Shown one piece after another: positions 11,213 through 25,169 of a stretch of 64,000 nt of DNA; the first letter of the stretch is position 1; each line of letters opens with the position of its first letter. The notes beneath the pieces are model-generated. The model did not search any database and was not told where the DNA came from. It saw only the letters and a program-made list of their open reading frames with translations. The DNA comes from Octopus sinensis. Its lineage: Eukaryota. A program made the translations under genes and the position numbers. The DNA lies in assembly GCF_006345805.1 (NCBI RefSeq), contig NC_043011.1:14830464-14894463 (forward strand), written 5' to 3'.

Positions 11213-12494
11213 CCTGCTAGTGCTAGTGATTCTGTCATCTTGTCACTTTCATAATAATTCTAATTTTCAGAAGTGACTATTTTTTAGTAAGTTATTGAAA
11301 ATGTATTAATTGAAATGCATTCCACTTTTAATTCTGGTACTGATTTTAAATAGATTCCTGTAGTCATCTAAACAGATTCATGTAGTCTTTGAAGTCAATT
11401 CGTGTATTCTTTGAAATTGATTCACACTCTTGAACAAAAGCAGAAAGAAGTAAGTTTGCGAGTCTATTGACTGCCACTTGAAATTTGAGAGAGAAAAATA
11501 AAATACAGCCTCAGTCCAGTTTATATATGACTGGTGTAACCAATAGAAATAGAAAATGATACTAAAAAGGAAAGGTTAAGAGTACAAAGGTGCCTTGGAG
11601 CATAAATAACTATTTGTAATAAGATTTATGTTAATAGGAAAATAAAAAACTAAATTGTATGCACTCAGAAAATCAATATCATGAGAAGCCTATTAAAACT
11701 TTTATTCCAATATATTCGTTCTTCATTAGTTAGTCTCAATATGACAGCTGAAGTTATTGATACAAAATGTTATGAGAAGTTGAACTCTTTAATTTACGTC
11801 AGCATTTAGTTAAAAATATAAATTAGTATCCAAAGAATACCAATCAACTTGAACAACTCTTATCATGGTCATCATCATCATCATCATCATAATCATAATC
11901 GTCATCATTGTAGTCATAGTTACGATCATCATCATCATCATCATTGTTGTCGCTGTCATCACTGTCATTGTCATTCTCATAATTTCTTAAGAAGTTCTCT
12001 GGTATACAGCCAGACTTTTTGAAAATTCAATCTCTAGTAGTTTAATTAGTCAAATGTTTTACATAGTATGACATCAATTAGAGTGCAACTAGAAAGTTAC
12101 TGGGAATTTCTATCGCTGTTTTCTTTAGTAATTGACAAGCATTTTAAAACTGGACTCTATTTAATCAATATCATTAGAAAAAATCTTTTTGGTTTGATTC
12201 ACTTTTCTAAAATCATATAATAAGATTCAATTTATTTCTTAATTTTATATAATATTATATAAGCAGATTTTTCTAACACCAGTTATGTGAGTTCTCTAAT
12301 CTTTTGAGCAGTTTAGACATTGCTTGGTTTCGAAACAACTATTTTGATATATCTCATGATGTACATATCATATATGTGATTCTCGGTTTTATCAGGGAAT
12401 TCTTGAATAAACCCACTCTATAAAAATAGATTATGATCACTGCATGTCATTCTATATAGATGTGCAGAGTTACTAATTTGAAAAAAAATGACAC

Positions 12495-12875
12495 ATCATC
12501 ATCATCATCATCATCGTCGTTTAACATTCGCTTTCCATGCTAGCATGGGTTGGACAGTTTGACTGTGGGCTGGCAAACCAGATGGCTGCACCAAGCTCCA
12601 GTCTTGATCTGGCAGAGTTTCTACAGCTGGATGCCCTTCCTAACGCCAACCACTCCAAGAGTGTACTGGGTGCTTTTACGTGCCACCGGCATGGGGGCCA
12701 GTCAGGCGGTACTGGCAACAACCTCTCTTGAATTTTTACACATGGGCCAGTCAGGCAGTACTAGCAACGACCTCGCTCGAATTTTTTTACACATGCCAAT
12801 GGCACAGGTGCCAGTAAGGCGATGCTGGTAACAATCCCGCTCGAATGGTGCCTCTTACATGCCACCGGCACGGAA
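12495..12875 (-). mobile_element. Retroposon family 3
   Basis: (CAT)n then CGTTTAACATTCGCTTTCCATGCTAGCATGGGTTGGAC core. Confidence 0.85.
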
Positions 12876-13544
12876 TGACACATACGTGAATGACATATAC
12901 GTGAATGACACATTCAAGCAGAAACTGTTATAGTGTCTCAAATAAGATACATAAACAAGCATAAGGATGAGTTGCAAACGAACACATTACACTAATTGCA
13001 GATAAATATATTATTACTTGTATGGATTTCTAGTGATATTGGGTGGTATGGTTTAGGAATAAATGTCAAGGTTGTTGAAAATAGAAAAAAATAAAAGCCA
13101 ATACTAAGTGTGTGAAAACTAACTATATTCTGAGATGATGATCAAATAGATCTCCTGAGTTTAAAACAATCTCTGAATTCAAAGTATGATACAACTGCTA
13201 GAAACTGAAGAATGCAATCTAAGAATGGTGGAACCATTATTTGAATGATAGCTACATCTCACAACAAAATTGTCACACGTTTCTTTAAAATAATTTTGGT
13301 GGAATGCCTAAAATCTCAAGTCACAATTTCTGCAAAAATTCTAAGAAGAGATCCAAGAGCAAAAGCCAACAAGTAACTTTAATATCTAAAATCAAAAAAC
13401 AATCTAATTGAATACATTACTATCCTTACTTCATATGACATTGACCTTAATATTGTCCCTATTATTATTATTATTATTATTATTATTATCATCACCAATA
13501 AGGGATTATTTATCAAAATATTACTACTTCTATTATTATTATTA

Positions 13545-14040
13545 TTATTGAGTGAGAGAGCAGTGCATGCCATCAAAGTGACATTGGGGTAAAATATACG
13601 AAGCCCAGCATACCCATCGTGACTACCCTTCTGATAAGGGTACACCAGGCACATGCATCACAACCATGTATGCACGACATGGCGATCTCATATCAAGATA
13701 AGCAGCGCATGACCTTGCAAGTAGGGCCCAGTCAGAATTTTCTTCTGGTCGAGTAGCCCATCCCATTCAAAAAGGTCCCTGAATATGTGTTGTTTGAGGA
13801 TGATGAGCAAAACACCCATGTTCCTAGAGGTGAATTATCCAAATCCCAAAGAATTCCTCTCAATACATGGCTATGATACTCCCGCATTATTTCTGCTCAT
13901 GATCAGAGATGCACTAAGGGACATGCTCAACTGGTTAAGGTCAAGCAACTAGTAAGCAAATCTGTGGTATTGAGTAGAATATTTGCTGTAGCCCGTCTTT
14001 TATACCTAGACAAAACATGTACATGATAACACTTCCAATG
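13545..14040. mobile_element. Probable interspersed repeat (unclassified retroposon fragment) between (TAT)n tracts
   Basis: GC-richer island with (ATT)n on both sides. No ORF. Confidence 0.4.
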
Positions 14041-14085
<45 letters not shown>

Positions 14086-14859
14086 TTTTCTGCGAATATT
14101 AAATATTATTATTTCGAATCTACACCATCATTGTCTCATTGATGTATATTTTTGTATGAAGTGACACCAATAAACTTAGAGCAAGATATATTGTTGCCCC
14201 GTTCCTTGTCCATACTAAGACCAGGTCTGTTTTCATATATGTTGATAAGTTGATAACCTTCCGTTTCAAGTTTGCAAACTTAGGGCAGCCACAATCAATA
14301 TAAGCACAATTAAAGGTAGGTCTGATGATATTACTGAAATGCCAGAATGGAGACACGTAGATGTGTTCTACACACAAGTGCTAAGATGGAGTTAAGCATC
14401 AGGCAGACTCCTCATGAGTAAAGAACACAGGTATAAATTTGTCAAGGTAGATAGTAGTAATAGTGTGTGCATGTGTAGGGGGTATACTTTTAGCAGAGAA
14501 ATGGATATTTTGTAGATTGGGTAATTAAGCTTAGGCTATTCGTGTAAAGCTTGACAGCAAATTTTATCCTTGACTATGCTCCTGAATCAGGCCTACTGGA
14601 TCAACAAAAGTGCCATTTCTATGAGGGGCTTCTGTAGATTACCTCATTCATATGGCAGGAAAACAGACAATACACTAAACCCTGTTTGATAAGTTGACAA
14701 TGTGCAAACTGGACACTCAAAAGATACAATGGGATCACAACAGAATTTAAGAAAGAAAGTAGAATGTACCTCCTCTACAGCAAAATACCTGTTCCTGTCT
14801 CTATCATAATAGACTCTCAATACCAGACATAAAACTATGTCTCTCAATACTGCAACCCA

Positions 14860-15075
14860 AATCTCTCATGGGGTCTTGTCTCGTGAGTTACTTGGTGCCG
14901 CAAAAAATACACCCAGTACACTCTGTAAAGTGGTTGGTATTAGGAAAGGCATCCAGCCAAAGAAAGCTTACCAAAACAGATATTAGAGCTCAACACAGTC
15001 ATCTGACACATTAGATCTTGCCAAATTGTCCAACCCATGCCAGCATGGAATTCAAGCATCAAATGATACTTATGA
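14860..15075 (+). mobile_element. Degenerate family 3 copy
   Basis: CACCCAGTACACTCTGTAAAGTGGTTGG..TTAGGAAAGGCATCCAGC ... TCCAACCCATGCCAGCATGGAA. Confidence 0.7.
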
Positions 15076-18000
15076 TAATAATGATGTTCTTATCAATATT
15101 ATTAAATATGAAAGGTTGATATGCTAGGTGCACTGAGCAATAAAATAACCAAGTTTGCCTTCCAAAATGTTTAGCCTACAGAAATGAAAATCCCAATGAG
15201 AATAAAATGGTTTAAGTTATTAGCTAGACATTAATATCAACTTTAAGACAGATAATAATTTATTAATTACTAATTGCATTTTCCCCATTTTTGTTGAATT
15301 TATAAAGGAGAAAAATATTCCAATGATATTTTATTTGTAAATAGTAAGATTAACTTTACACTTAAATATCATAAAATCTATTGAAAAGCTTGCACTCTTG
15401 GTTCTATGATACAAATTCTTTGATTATTTAAATAGGAAGTTATTTAAATTAAAACTTTCCAATGACATTCCAAGTTCATTCATGTTCCAAACACTACCTT
15501 AATTGTGACATTGTTATTTTACTGAATTCTTTATTAATTTCAAAATAAATCAAAACAAAAGAAGTGTCTTTCATCATAAATAGGGTAATAAAAGGGCTAA
15601 AGCAGATGAGCTGTATTTGATGACAAGTTGGTTGCATTTGTCAAATATGGACAGCATACCAATCTCTTCATTGTCTAACCAAAAACGGCTACTTATACCA
15701 AACTACGTGACCTACTGTAATCAATTCATTTGACAACCTGGTTCCCAATTAGTTCTGATCTTCAATAGAAATCCTTTTCTAATCAGGAGAGAAAAGTAGT
15801 AATCAATTTTCTTTCAAATTTCCAACACCAATGAATTTGAGAAACTAATTATCTTACAATTAGCAATTCATTAAATAGCTACCCCTTTATTTGCTGCTTA
15901 TATCATACAGATTGTATAAAATTAGTATTACATTTCATCTGATTGGCTGATCAATTTTAAAGCTTTCTTTTCTGATTTTCATAACATTCTTAGATTTATG
16001 AATAATCTCTTATCTTTCAAATTATTTATTAAGATTTTCAGCTTGTTTACAAATTTCACCGATATAACAACTAAAACTGTATGAATCCTCTCATTGAATG
16101 AACTCTTATATTGAAAGCAGCATTTATTTCTATACTAGTCTCAAATATATTAATTACCACAGTTTAATACTGTACATAGTGATTCAAGAGAACGGCAATA
16201 CAACAATTATTAATATTTAAGCTGTAGACTGTTTGGCATTGAGAATGGCTTAGTAAACCATTCAATCTGTTTCACTTTAGTTGTCATGGTTTTGAAATAC
16301 TTTTAATGTATGTATAAAATATTTGTCATATTTATTTATCAAATTTGACTACATTTTTTTTTTCATTTTGAAATAAATATATCTTTTGAAAGGGGAACAG
16401 TCATTCAGTTGACAGCATATTGGGCAACAGGCTGTTAAGTTCAAAATTAATTCAAAACAATTTATGGCTGGTATTTATTCTACCCTATCCACCTCCTCAC
16501 TAATATTGTTCACAATTCTTGTTCATCGCTATAACTCATACTTTGTTCTAGACAAACTATATCCTTTTATCTGACATGGCATTTTTAATATTTCTATCTG
16601 AACTAAACCCTTCATTGAAATTCATGTGGCATGTGATATTTTATTTGTTTCTTACACTTTATTGAATAGTTTTAATTACATGTAGAATGTAAAGAATCTG
16701 TTGAGTTGCTTTGTTTATTGGTTTTCTCTTTTATTATTGTTTCCACCCTAAATTTCCTTTTCTAAAATACCCCCAAACTAAAAGGTTAATTTTATCATGG
16801 TGTAACTATAGCAACAACTATGATCAAGGGACCTAACAATCAGTACTCCACTAGAAATGAGTCTGCCGATTTCAATAGGAATCAACCTGTGTCCTATTCT
16901 TAATAATTATCATTGACAATTAGCTTGAAAGCAGCTAGCATCTTATAGTTATTTCGAAACGAACCAAAGCAAGGGTTTCCTCCTTAATGATTCTCTTTCT
17001 CAGCATCAATCAAACAAGTGTTATGGAAGTTCATCTAATTTCTATTTTACCAACTAATTATCTGAATGCATCTCAACACACAACTATTTAATTGAAACTG
17101 AAGAAATGGATTTAAAAGCGAAGATTTACAGTACAACTATTCATGCAGATTGGCACCAAAACTATGTATAACTTCTATAGCTACAATTGAAATGGATTGC
17201 TAGTTAGCAGATGAAAGCCTTTCTTGGAGATGAAATAATGAAAGCAATTCAAAAATGAATTTACTGATGCCTAAAGCATTCCTAAGACAGAATTGAACTT
17301 TGGGTTACTGAAAACTAAATAGCGTTATGGTTTTATTTCAGTTTACATTTTTTCATTATGAAAAATTATTTTATCATTTTTGAAGTAGTAACAATCAATT
17401 GAATAAGTACTTTAAACATTAATTAGATTCTAGTTTTTCAAAACTTCCCTCTAAAAAATTATGCTAAGTTTCTCAATACAATTGAAAGAGTGCATTTGTT
17501 ATGCAATCAAAGTTAGAAGAAATGAAACTGAGGTAGTTGTGTGAAAATATTTCAGTGCCTTAGGAAAGGAAGCCAAACATCTTCATGAAAAACGATTTTT
17601 CTGAACAAAAATAAACAGCATAAAGTTCAGAAAAATTATCATTGCAAGTTTGAAAAAAATTAAATTACAAAATGGTGCAATAGAATTTAATAAATTATAA
17701 GACAAAATAGCAATAAACAAATTTAATTTATTTATCTCTGAAAAATTTAAACACATAAAAAGACTGCTTTTTCAGAAAGAAAAAAAATCACAAACAGTAT
17801 AATTTATTTATTCTTGTAATGTCAATATCTGTTAAGTTTATGTTTATATTTTACTTATGAATAAAGTAGGACAAAATTATTGTACTAACAAAATAGTAAG
17901 ATTGCAAACTATACACAAAGTAGAGCAGTAGAATCGAAGGAAGCATGTTGGACTGCATTGACAAATAGTTAAGAACAATACATTCATAAAGTGGAATAGT

Positions 18001-18193
18001 TAAAAAGCTTTGAGGAAGATTTAACATTTCAGTCTGGACTCTATGTCAAAGAAAGATAAAATATATTCTAACAGGAAATACTATTCAAATATTTAACAAT
18101 TTTAGCTGTAAGAAAATAAAGCAGCATTTTCTTTTTCGAATACACATACACTACATCCCATGATCACATCACTCACATCACATATGCCTGCAG

Positions 18194-18230
<37 letters not shown>

Positions 18231-18357
18231 TTACACATACATCCAATCATGTAAATGTATATAGGGAGAGTTTACGAAAAAAAAACAACAAAAGACGAAG
18301 ACAGGTGGTGTACAAAACAAACAGATGTATTAGTATAACGCTTAGGAATAGAAAAAA

Positions 18358-18399
18358 GTCTTTTACGTTTCGAGCCTACGCTCTTCTACAGAAAGGGAC
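18358..18399 (-). ncRNA. Candidate dimer-type minimal hammerhead ribozyme variant
   Basis: Minus strand GUCC-CUUU-CUGUAGA-A-GAGC-GUAG-GCUC-GAA-ACGU-A-AAAG-AC: stem I CUUU/AAAG, stem II GAGC/GCUC, palindromic ACGU stem III, GUA triplet. Core deviates from CUGAnGA. Confidence 0.5.
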
Positions 18400-18593
18400 A
18401 CAGAAAAAACAAAGAGAGGAAAAAATGTGTGTAGTGGTTACCGATCTATCATGGCGACTTGGTATATATATACCCACAACCCCTAACTTTCTTGGTATAT
18501 ATATAGGGAGAGTTTATGAAAAAAACAAAAGACGAAGGCAGGTGGTGTACAAAACAAACAGATGTATTAGTATAACGCTCAGGAATAGAAAAA

Positions 18594-18635
18594 GTCTTTT
18601 ACGTTTCGAGCCTACGCTCTTCTACAGAAAGGGCC
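18594..18635 (-). ncRNA. Candidate dimer-type minimal hammerhead ribozyme variant (tandem partner)
   Basis: Identical core to 18358-18399. Confidence 0.5.
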
Positions 18636-19414
18636 ACAGAAAAAACAAGGAGAGAAAAAAATGTGTGCAGTGGTTAACGATCTATCATGGCGACTAGTGC
18701 TGGACAGAGGGGTCAAACACAGGAAGGAAAGTAGGGGAGATAACAAGGTAAAAATGACCCCCAACACAAAGGTGCGTGTGTGTATAAGAGAGTATGTATG
18801 TGCGTGTGAAAGAGGGCTACTTCTTTGATGTAAGAAAAAATCAAAGAAAAAACATTAAAATTCAGTAGGTACCGGGTTGAAGGGTCAAATTTAATTTCCA
18901 TTCTTAAAGTAGTTATCTTATCCAAATAATGATGTCTACAAAACTTTTTAACATGTTTCTGCCTTCTTGAACAGGTTTTTGATGTTTGATTGTGTCTCGG
19001 AGAACAACTCGCTATAGACACTAGAGCTAGTGTGGTGTTTACATATATCTTTTATAGAGAAAAGTCGTTTTCTAGGATGAAATCCAACTGTGATAAGCCA
19101 TGTTCATGTTCAAGTAAGCAGAAACATGTTACAAATGGACATACGTCTCATTTAGATTCCTGTCATTTTGTCTTCTCATTAGAATGGGTTTTTTTTTATC
19201 AATCCTGGAAGCAAAAGTGACAAAATCAACTGGAATGAGAAATGGAAATTAAAAGGATGATGTATCTAAATATAACTATAATGTACTCCGTGTAGTGTAG
19301 CTCTGTAGAACCTGCAGAAATTGAGTTATTTCTTGTGATGCATAAACAAATCTAAATATTATTTTAACAAGCACTCTACTATGATAAAATTGGGCATTTC
19401 AGGCAATATTGCTT

Positions 19415-19448
19415 ATATCATCATCATCATCATCGTCGTAGTCATAAC

Positions 19449-19529
<81 letters not shown>

Positions 19530-19680
19530 GATAATCGTCATCGTCATCATCGTCGTCATTGTCGTCATGATCATGATGATGATGATCATCATCATTTTAA
19601 TGTCCCCATTTCCATGCACATATAGCTCAACTGGAATTCATTGTTGTGGTTTTTCTATGACTGGATGCCCTTTCTGTGGC
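19415..19680. repeat. (CAT)n tract followed by a degenerate family 3 tail
   Basis: Direct inspection. Confidence 0.85.
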
Positions 19681-20104
19681 CTACTCACAATTGTGGATAT
19701 TAAAACTATGGAAATGATACTGAAGATGATATAAAAGGGATTCTTCCCCTCTATATGGTGAATAGTCAGTTTCTTGATCAACTGGATGGCCTACTCATTG
19801 GTTTAGTGGCTGAGTATTCCACACACACGCATGTACCTATGGCAGACTTCTACACAGTTTCTGCCTTTCCAAATTCACTTACATTTCTTGGGCAAACCCA
19901 AGGTTATGGTAAAGGCACTTGCTGAAGATGGCACATTTTGAGATTGAGAACATTTTGTCTACTCAGCTATGCTTGTCTCTGGCATCCAGCCATAGAAACC
20001 ATGTCACAACAGAGAGTTGTAGTCCGGACAGCTGGCTGCTACCCAGCTCCATGTCAAACTGTCCACCAACAATGACGACGGTATGTATGTATGTATGTTT
20101 ATGT

Positions 20105-20650
20105 CAGGTCACTTTCAAGTGCTACTGGTAACATGTAACCCAGTACAACCTGTTGCATGGTCGGGTCGTCGGCGACTAAACCGGCAACCCCACCAAGCTT
20201 GCTTGGTGAGGAGGGTGTTTATTGGACACCCTGCGGGATGAAAAACAAAACCCGACAAAGGATGGAGGAACTCTTGAGAGTCAATGGCCATCCAATAAAT
20301 GTCTTAAGGCTCTATCATGTACGGGGACATAATAATCGGACTGAATACCCAATCGCGCGGTTAAGCCATTGGGGGTGAAGGACTCCTAGCCTTTGTTAGG
20401 GCACCTTCTAGGAGAAGGTAAGTCAGGTAACTGGGATAACTCCGACATAAAACCTGCGACTCAGTGGTTGCCGATGATGCTGACTTGTTCTTCTTTTCGG
20501 ATTATGGCTGCTGTTGCTTAGTGAGTGGGATTGACTCAGTGCACAGCCTTTCCTCACTTTAAAAAAAATCTTCTTGCACAGGCATTGCATGATAACAACA
20601 TTGATTAAGCTTTTCGTGCAATGGCCATACTCGATAATGAGGGGGCAGCC
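20105..20650 (+). mobile_element. Probable 5' UTR region of an RTE-type LINE
   Basis: GC-rich island with multiple hairpins and the CTAGGAGAAGG..AAACC-type motif I associate with RTE 5' UTRs. No ORF follows. Confidence 0.45.
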
Positions 20651-20664
20651 ACCATGGATATATG

Positions 20665-20800
20665 GATGTATATGTACGTATGTATTCATGTATGTATGTA
20701 TGTATGTATGTATGTATGTATGTGTATGTATGTATGTATGTATGTATGTATGCATGTATGTATGTATGTATGCATGTATGTATGTATTCATATATGTATG
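20665..20800. repeat. (TATG)n microsatellite
   Basis: Direct inspection. Confidence 0.97.
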
Positions 20801-21558
20801 TATAACCATATATGGTAAAACTAATATAATTATTTTATTTAATGTCAGAATTATTTATGCATGAAGAGAATCTAATAGCACTGTTTGTTTATTACCAGGT
20901 CAACCCCCAACTGGATCTGCCTATGATTAAAAGTATTCCAGCTGTGATTATCTCATTTATTTTTAAGGCATAGAACTACATTATTATATATGTCCTCCTT
21001 TAATCAAGAAGTTGCAGTGTGACACGAGGCTGGTTTTGGTTGTGATTTCTAACAGGTTGAATAATTACACAGAAGTTCATATAACAATCTACTGTCGGTT
21101 CATATGACTGTATTTAGTTTGAACAGAGATTTTAAATATGCCAGTATGCAAATTTTAGATCAAAATATCAATATATGTTTACAAACTAGAATCGATAATG
21201 TCACATTTAAATCTGACATAACAGTACAGCGGTGCCACATATACAAATATTTTGACTGATGTCTGTGTTACCTAGAACTGTTGATTTTAACTTCAAAATC
21301 TGTAGTTGAAAGATCTAACTGTCCACTGTTTATTATCAGTTTTCAGACACATTAAGATATCTGAGAGTATAAAACCGGAAATGTGATGATCAAAACCTGA
21401 CTGGATGGCATGATGGTGCTTAAATTTAATATTCCATTCGACTATTATGCTATTACTGCTTTTAGCTAAAACAAGTGTCCATGCATATTTAGACTATCCA
21501 GAACATCTGTTACAATGGGGAAAGGGGGCTGTGAGAGGAAGAGAGAGAGAGAGAGAGA

Positions 21559-21601
<43 letters not shown>

Positions 21602-22039
21602 CCTATGTGAGTGTATAAGATAGACAATGATTATTGTGAATACAGACAACTAAGGAAGTTGGAAGAAATAAAGAGAAATGAGTTTCAATTGTTTTAAAAC
21701 GTGTGAGTGAGCCAGAGAGAGGGAGAAAGAGAGAGAGGGATCGAGAGAGAGAGAGAGAGAGGTGGGGAGGAGAAGTCCTTTAAACGACTGATATAATATG
21801 TAGCCATTAGACTTTGTGCAGACAAAGATGAACAATAAATATAGTATGTCAGGTATTAAAGGAGCATTAAAGTTTCTTGTCAGCCAAAAAATCATAAAGG
21901 ATCTCTTCACCTTTTCTGCTTGTTATATAACTAGTGTAATTAGTTTTCAACAGTTCATAATACATGTTGGTAGAGGAGAGGAAATGCAATCTTTTATATC
22001 AAATTCAATCTTGAATGCAATCTTTTATATTAAATTCAA

Positions 22040-22142
22040 GACTGGAGCCTGGTGCAGCCATCTGGTTCGCCAGCCTTCAGCCAAAATCGTCCAACCCATG
22101 CTAGCATGGAAAGCGGACGTTAAACAATGATGATGATGATGA
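22040..22142 (+). mobile_element. 3' end of family 3 retroposon
   Basis: GTCCAACCCATGCTAGCATGGAAAGCGGACGTTAAAC(AAT/GAT)n. Confidence 0.85.
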
Positions 22143-23429
22143 AAGTGATCTGTAAGCAAAATATTATAAAACTCCGACATTTTCAGAAGTTAGTATAATT
22201 GTAAAGAAGTTTGTGACTTGATAACATCAAAGAATAACAAAAGCTTGTTGGTAGGAAACTGTACTAAGAATGAGAAAAGACTAAATCGACAAAAGTGTAT
22301 AACAGAGGCACTTTCATAACAGCTCAGAATGAAGGTAGTCTGGCTAACTAGTTTTTATGGTTTAGGAGGAAGAGCAGTACAAACAACCCTTTATAGAGAT
22401 TCCAAGATTGTTAGAAGGAGGAGAGGTTATTCTAAAACTGGAACTGGAGACATGGTCCAGGCTCTTGCATCAGAGTGGACCCTACTAGAGATAACCTTGA
22501 ACAAGGGTTCTGCATAGCTTCCATCTATCAGTTTTCATTTATGGGGTTTTGGTCACCACAAGGCTATGTTAGAAAACACTTTCTCTAGGTGAAGCCTAGA
22601 AGGGGTCAAACATAAAATATTTAGTTGAGGAGTGGATTTCTTAACCATGCAGCTATACCTGCAACCCTTAAATAAACTTGTTTTGGAGGAAGGAAGAAGA
22701 GTTGGATACATAAAACTCTTGAAATAGATGGAATATTGAGTCACCAATACTGACAGATATAGCTGGGCACTAAAATATTTGAAATGGAATTATAAATACA
22801 TTCAGCTACTTTATTCTGCCTTTATTTATTATTATTTTTTTTTTCATGAAAAGATGAAAAATATTTAGGAAAAGTGTAACATACAATGAAGAATATTCCA
22901 TTAGGAAGTACCAGTTCTTGTTCTATGTGTTAGAGAAACATTAAAATAAATGTTCAAATATGAACATATAGTGGAAATAGATGTTGTGATTGAGGGGGAG
23001 CAAAAAAAAAAAGTTATCTAGGTGTGGAATAAAAGATGAGTGCACAGATGTTAAACCTGTATTATTGATTTTACAGTGATTTTTTTTTTTCTAGTGCAGC
23101 ACATTAATTTTAGCTTTTCCCAAGGGTTTTAAATCAATAAAACTTCAACATTTATAACTAAAATTTTGCTGGATTTCACTCTTGTATGGGAGACTTAGAG
23201 GTTATAAAGACATCTGCATTAGTGTAGGCATTTACTAAATATTGGTAAAATTGATAATGGTGTGTTCATATTATGTTGATAGAAAAAAGAAAAAAGGAGA
23301 ACTGGAATGCTGAAAATCTAATTAGGAAAGAGTATTTTAAATTTCAAGGAGATAAAAAAGAATTCTTCAAATATAACATAAAGTAAAAATAATACACACA
23401 TATATATACATAGAAACACACACACACAC

Positions 23430-23462
<33 letters not shown>

Positions 23463-23835
23463 CATATAATTATGCATGTGTACATGCATGTATATGTGTG
23501 CATGTTCATAAGCATATATATATTTCTGCATGTCTATGTATATACACAAACACCTCTGCTGTTGCCATTTACTCTTTATCAACACCACCTTCAAATATCC
23601 CTGCTTTCCCCATCATACTCTTACCCCCTTCCACCCATTTTTGGTCTTTCTGATGTCTTTCTTTCTCTCTCTCTCTCTCTTACCTCTCTCCTCAGTCTTC
23701 TGAGCAAATGGATGTGCCCAAGGTTAGTGAGTTTCTCTCAATGATTACACTCCTCTCCCCACTCTCAACTACTTGTTCATGGCCTTTCTACTCACCTTGC
23801 TCCCTCTTCTCTTTCTTCCTCAATCTAATATATTT

Positions 23836-24252
23836 TCTTTTACTTGTTTCAGTCATTTGACTGTGGCCATGCTGGAGCACCACCTTTAGTTGAGCAAATC
23901 AACCCCAGGACTTATTCTTTGTAAGCCTAGTACTTATTCTATTGGTCGCTTTTGCTGAACCACTAAGTTACGGTGACGTAAATACACCAGCATCGGTTGT
24001 CAAGCAATGTTGGGGGGGACAAACACAGACACACAAACGTATACACACACACACACACACATATGTATATATATATATATACATATATACGATGGGCTTC
24101 TTTCAGTTTCCATCTACCAAATCCACTCACAAGGCTTTGGTCGACCTGAGGCTATAGTAGAAGACACATGCCCAAGGTGCCATGCAGTAGGACTGAACCC
24201 GGAACGATGTGGATCGTAAACAAGCTACTTACCACACAGCCACTCCTACACC
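23836..24252 (-). mobile_element. SINE-like repeat family 2
   Basis: Near full-length reverse copy. Confidence 0.9.
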
Positions 24253-25045
24253 TATATGCTTTAGATCACTGAGTAATTTACATTTACTGTGTACAAAGCA
24301 TGCTGTCTCCTGTGCTAGAGGATGATGGAACTAAACATGCTTCCTCTACAGGAATGGTGAGTTCTCATGAGAACTGGTTCCATGAGACTGCATCCAGCAC
24401 TCAATGTTAGGTATTTGGCAAATGAGTAGAGAAACTATAAGATTGTGGGTTTCCATTTAATGTGTCATTTCAGATGTTCTAAAGTTGGTGTCACATGAAA
24501 ATGCATTCAGTAAAGTGTTTGGCTATAGAAAATTGAATCAGTTGTAGAAACCAAACTAAATGAATTGACACCAACTATCAGTGTTTAGGAATAGTAACTT
24601 TCAATAAGAAATGACTCTGACTGTGATGATCTTTGCAACCATGACAACTTTGAGAATGGAAGTATGATGATGATGATGATATCTACATATGTATATATAT
24701 ACATATATATATATTACTGTGTTGCCGTGTTGACCAAGCTATTGATGTGGCTATACACCACTGGTTACAATGCATTTCCTTAATTTGTTTTAGCCTTCAA
24801 ATGATACCATCCATCTAATTAGGCAGGGAAGCTATGTGTATATGTTTATACATATTGTTGATATCATAAGAGTAAAATGGATAGAGAAATTCAAAGTATT
24901 GCTTTGTTTCAAAAGTAGAACACCAGTCATGCATACAGAAGATGTGAGTTCTTGTCCCATGGGCAGCCTTTGGCCCTTTCTACCCAAAGTGGTTTTTACC
25001 CCAATATTTACATGCTATTCTCACTGCTTCAAGTTTCAATGTTCC

Positions 25046-25155
<110 letters not shown>

Positions 25156-25169
25156 TGTATACATACATA

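Larger units (their letters stand above)
18263..18695 (-). mobile_element. Head-to-tail tandem of two family A repeats (18263-18459, 18505-18695), each with a hammerhead-like motif
   Basis: Two ~195-bp direct repeats separated by ~45 bp. Motifs at 18358-18399 and 18594-18635, 236 bp apart. Confidence 0.7.

Noticed and set aside
18194-18697. 167-aa ORF with a duplicated [22 protein letters not shown] motif
   Set aside because: It is the antisense reading of the tandem family A repeat, and the same peptide appears at 1560 and 2518.
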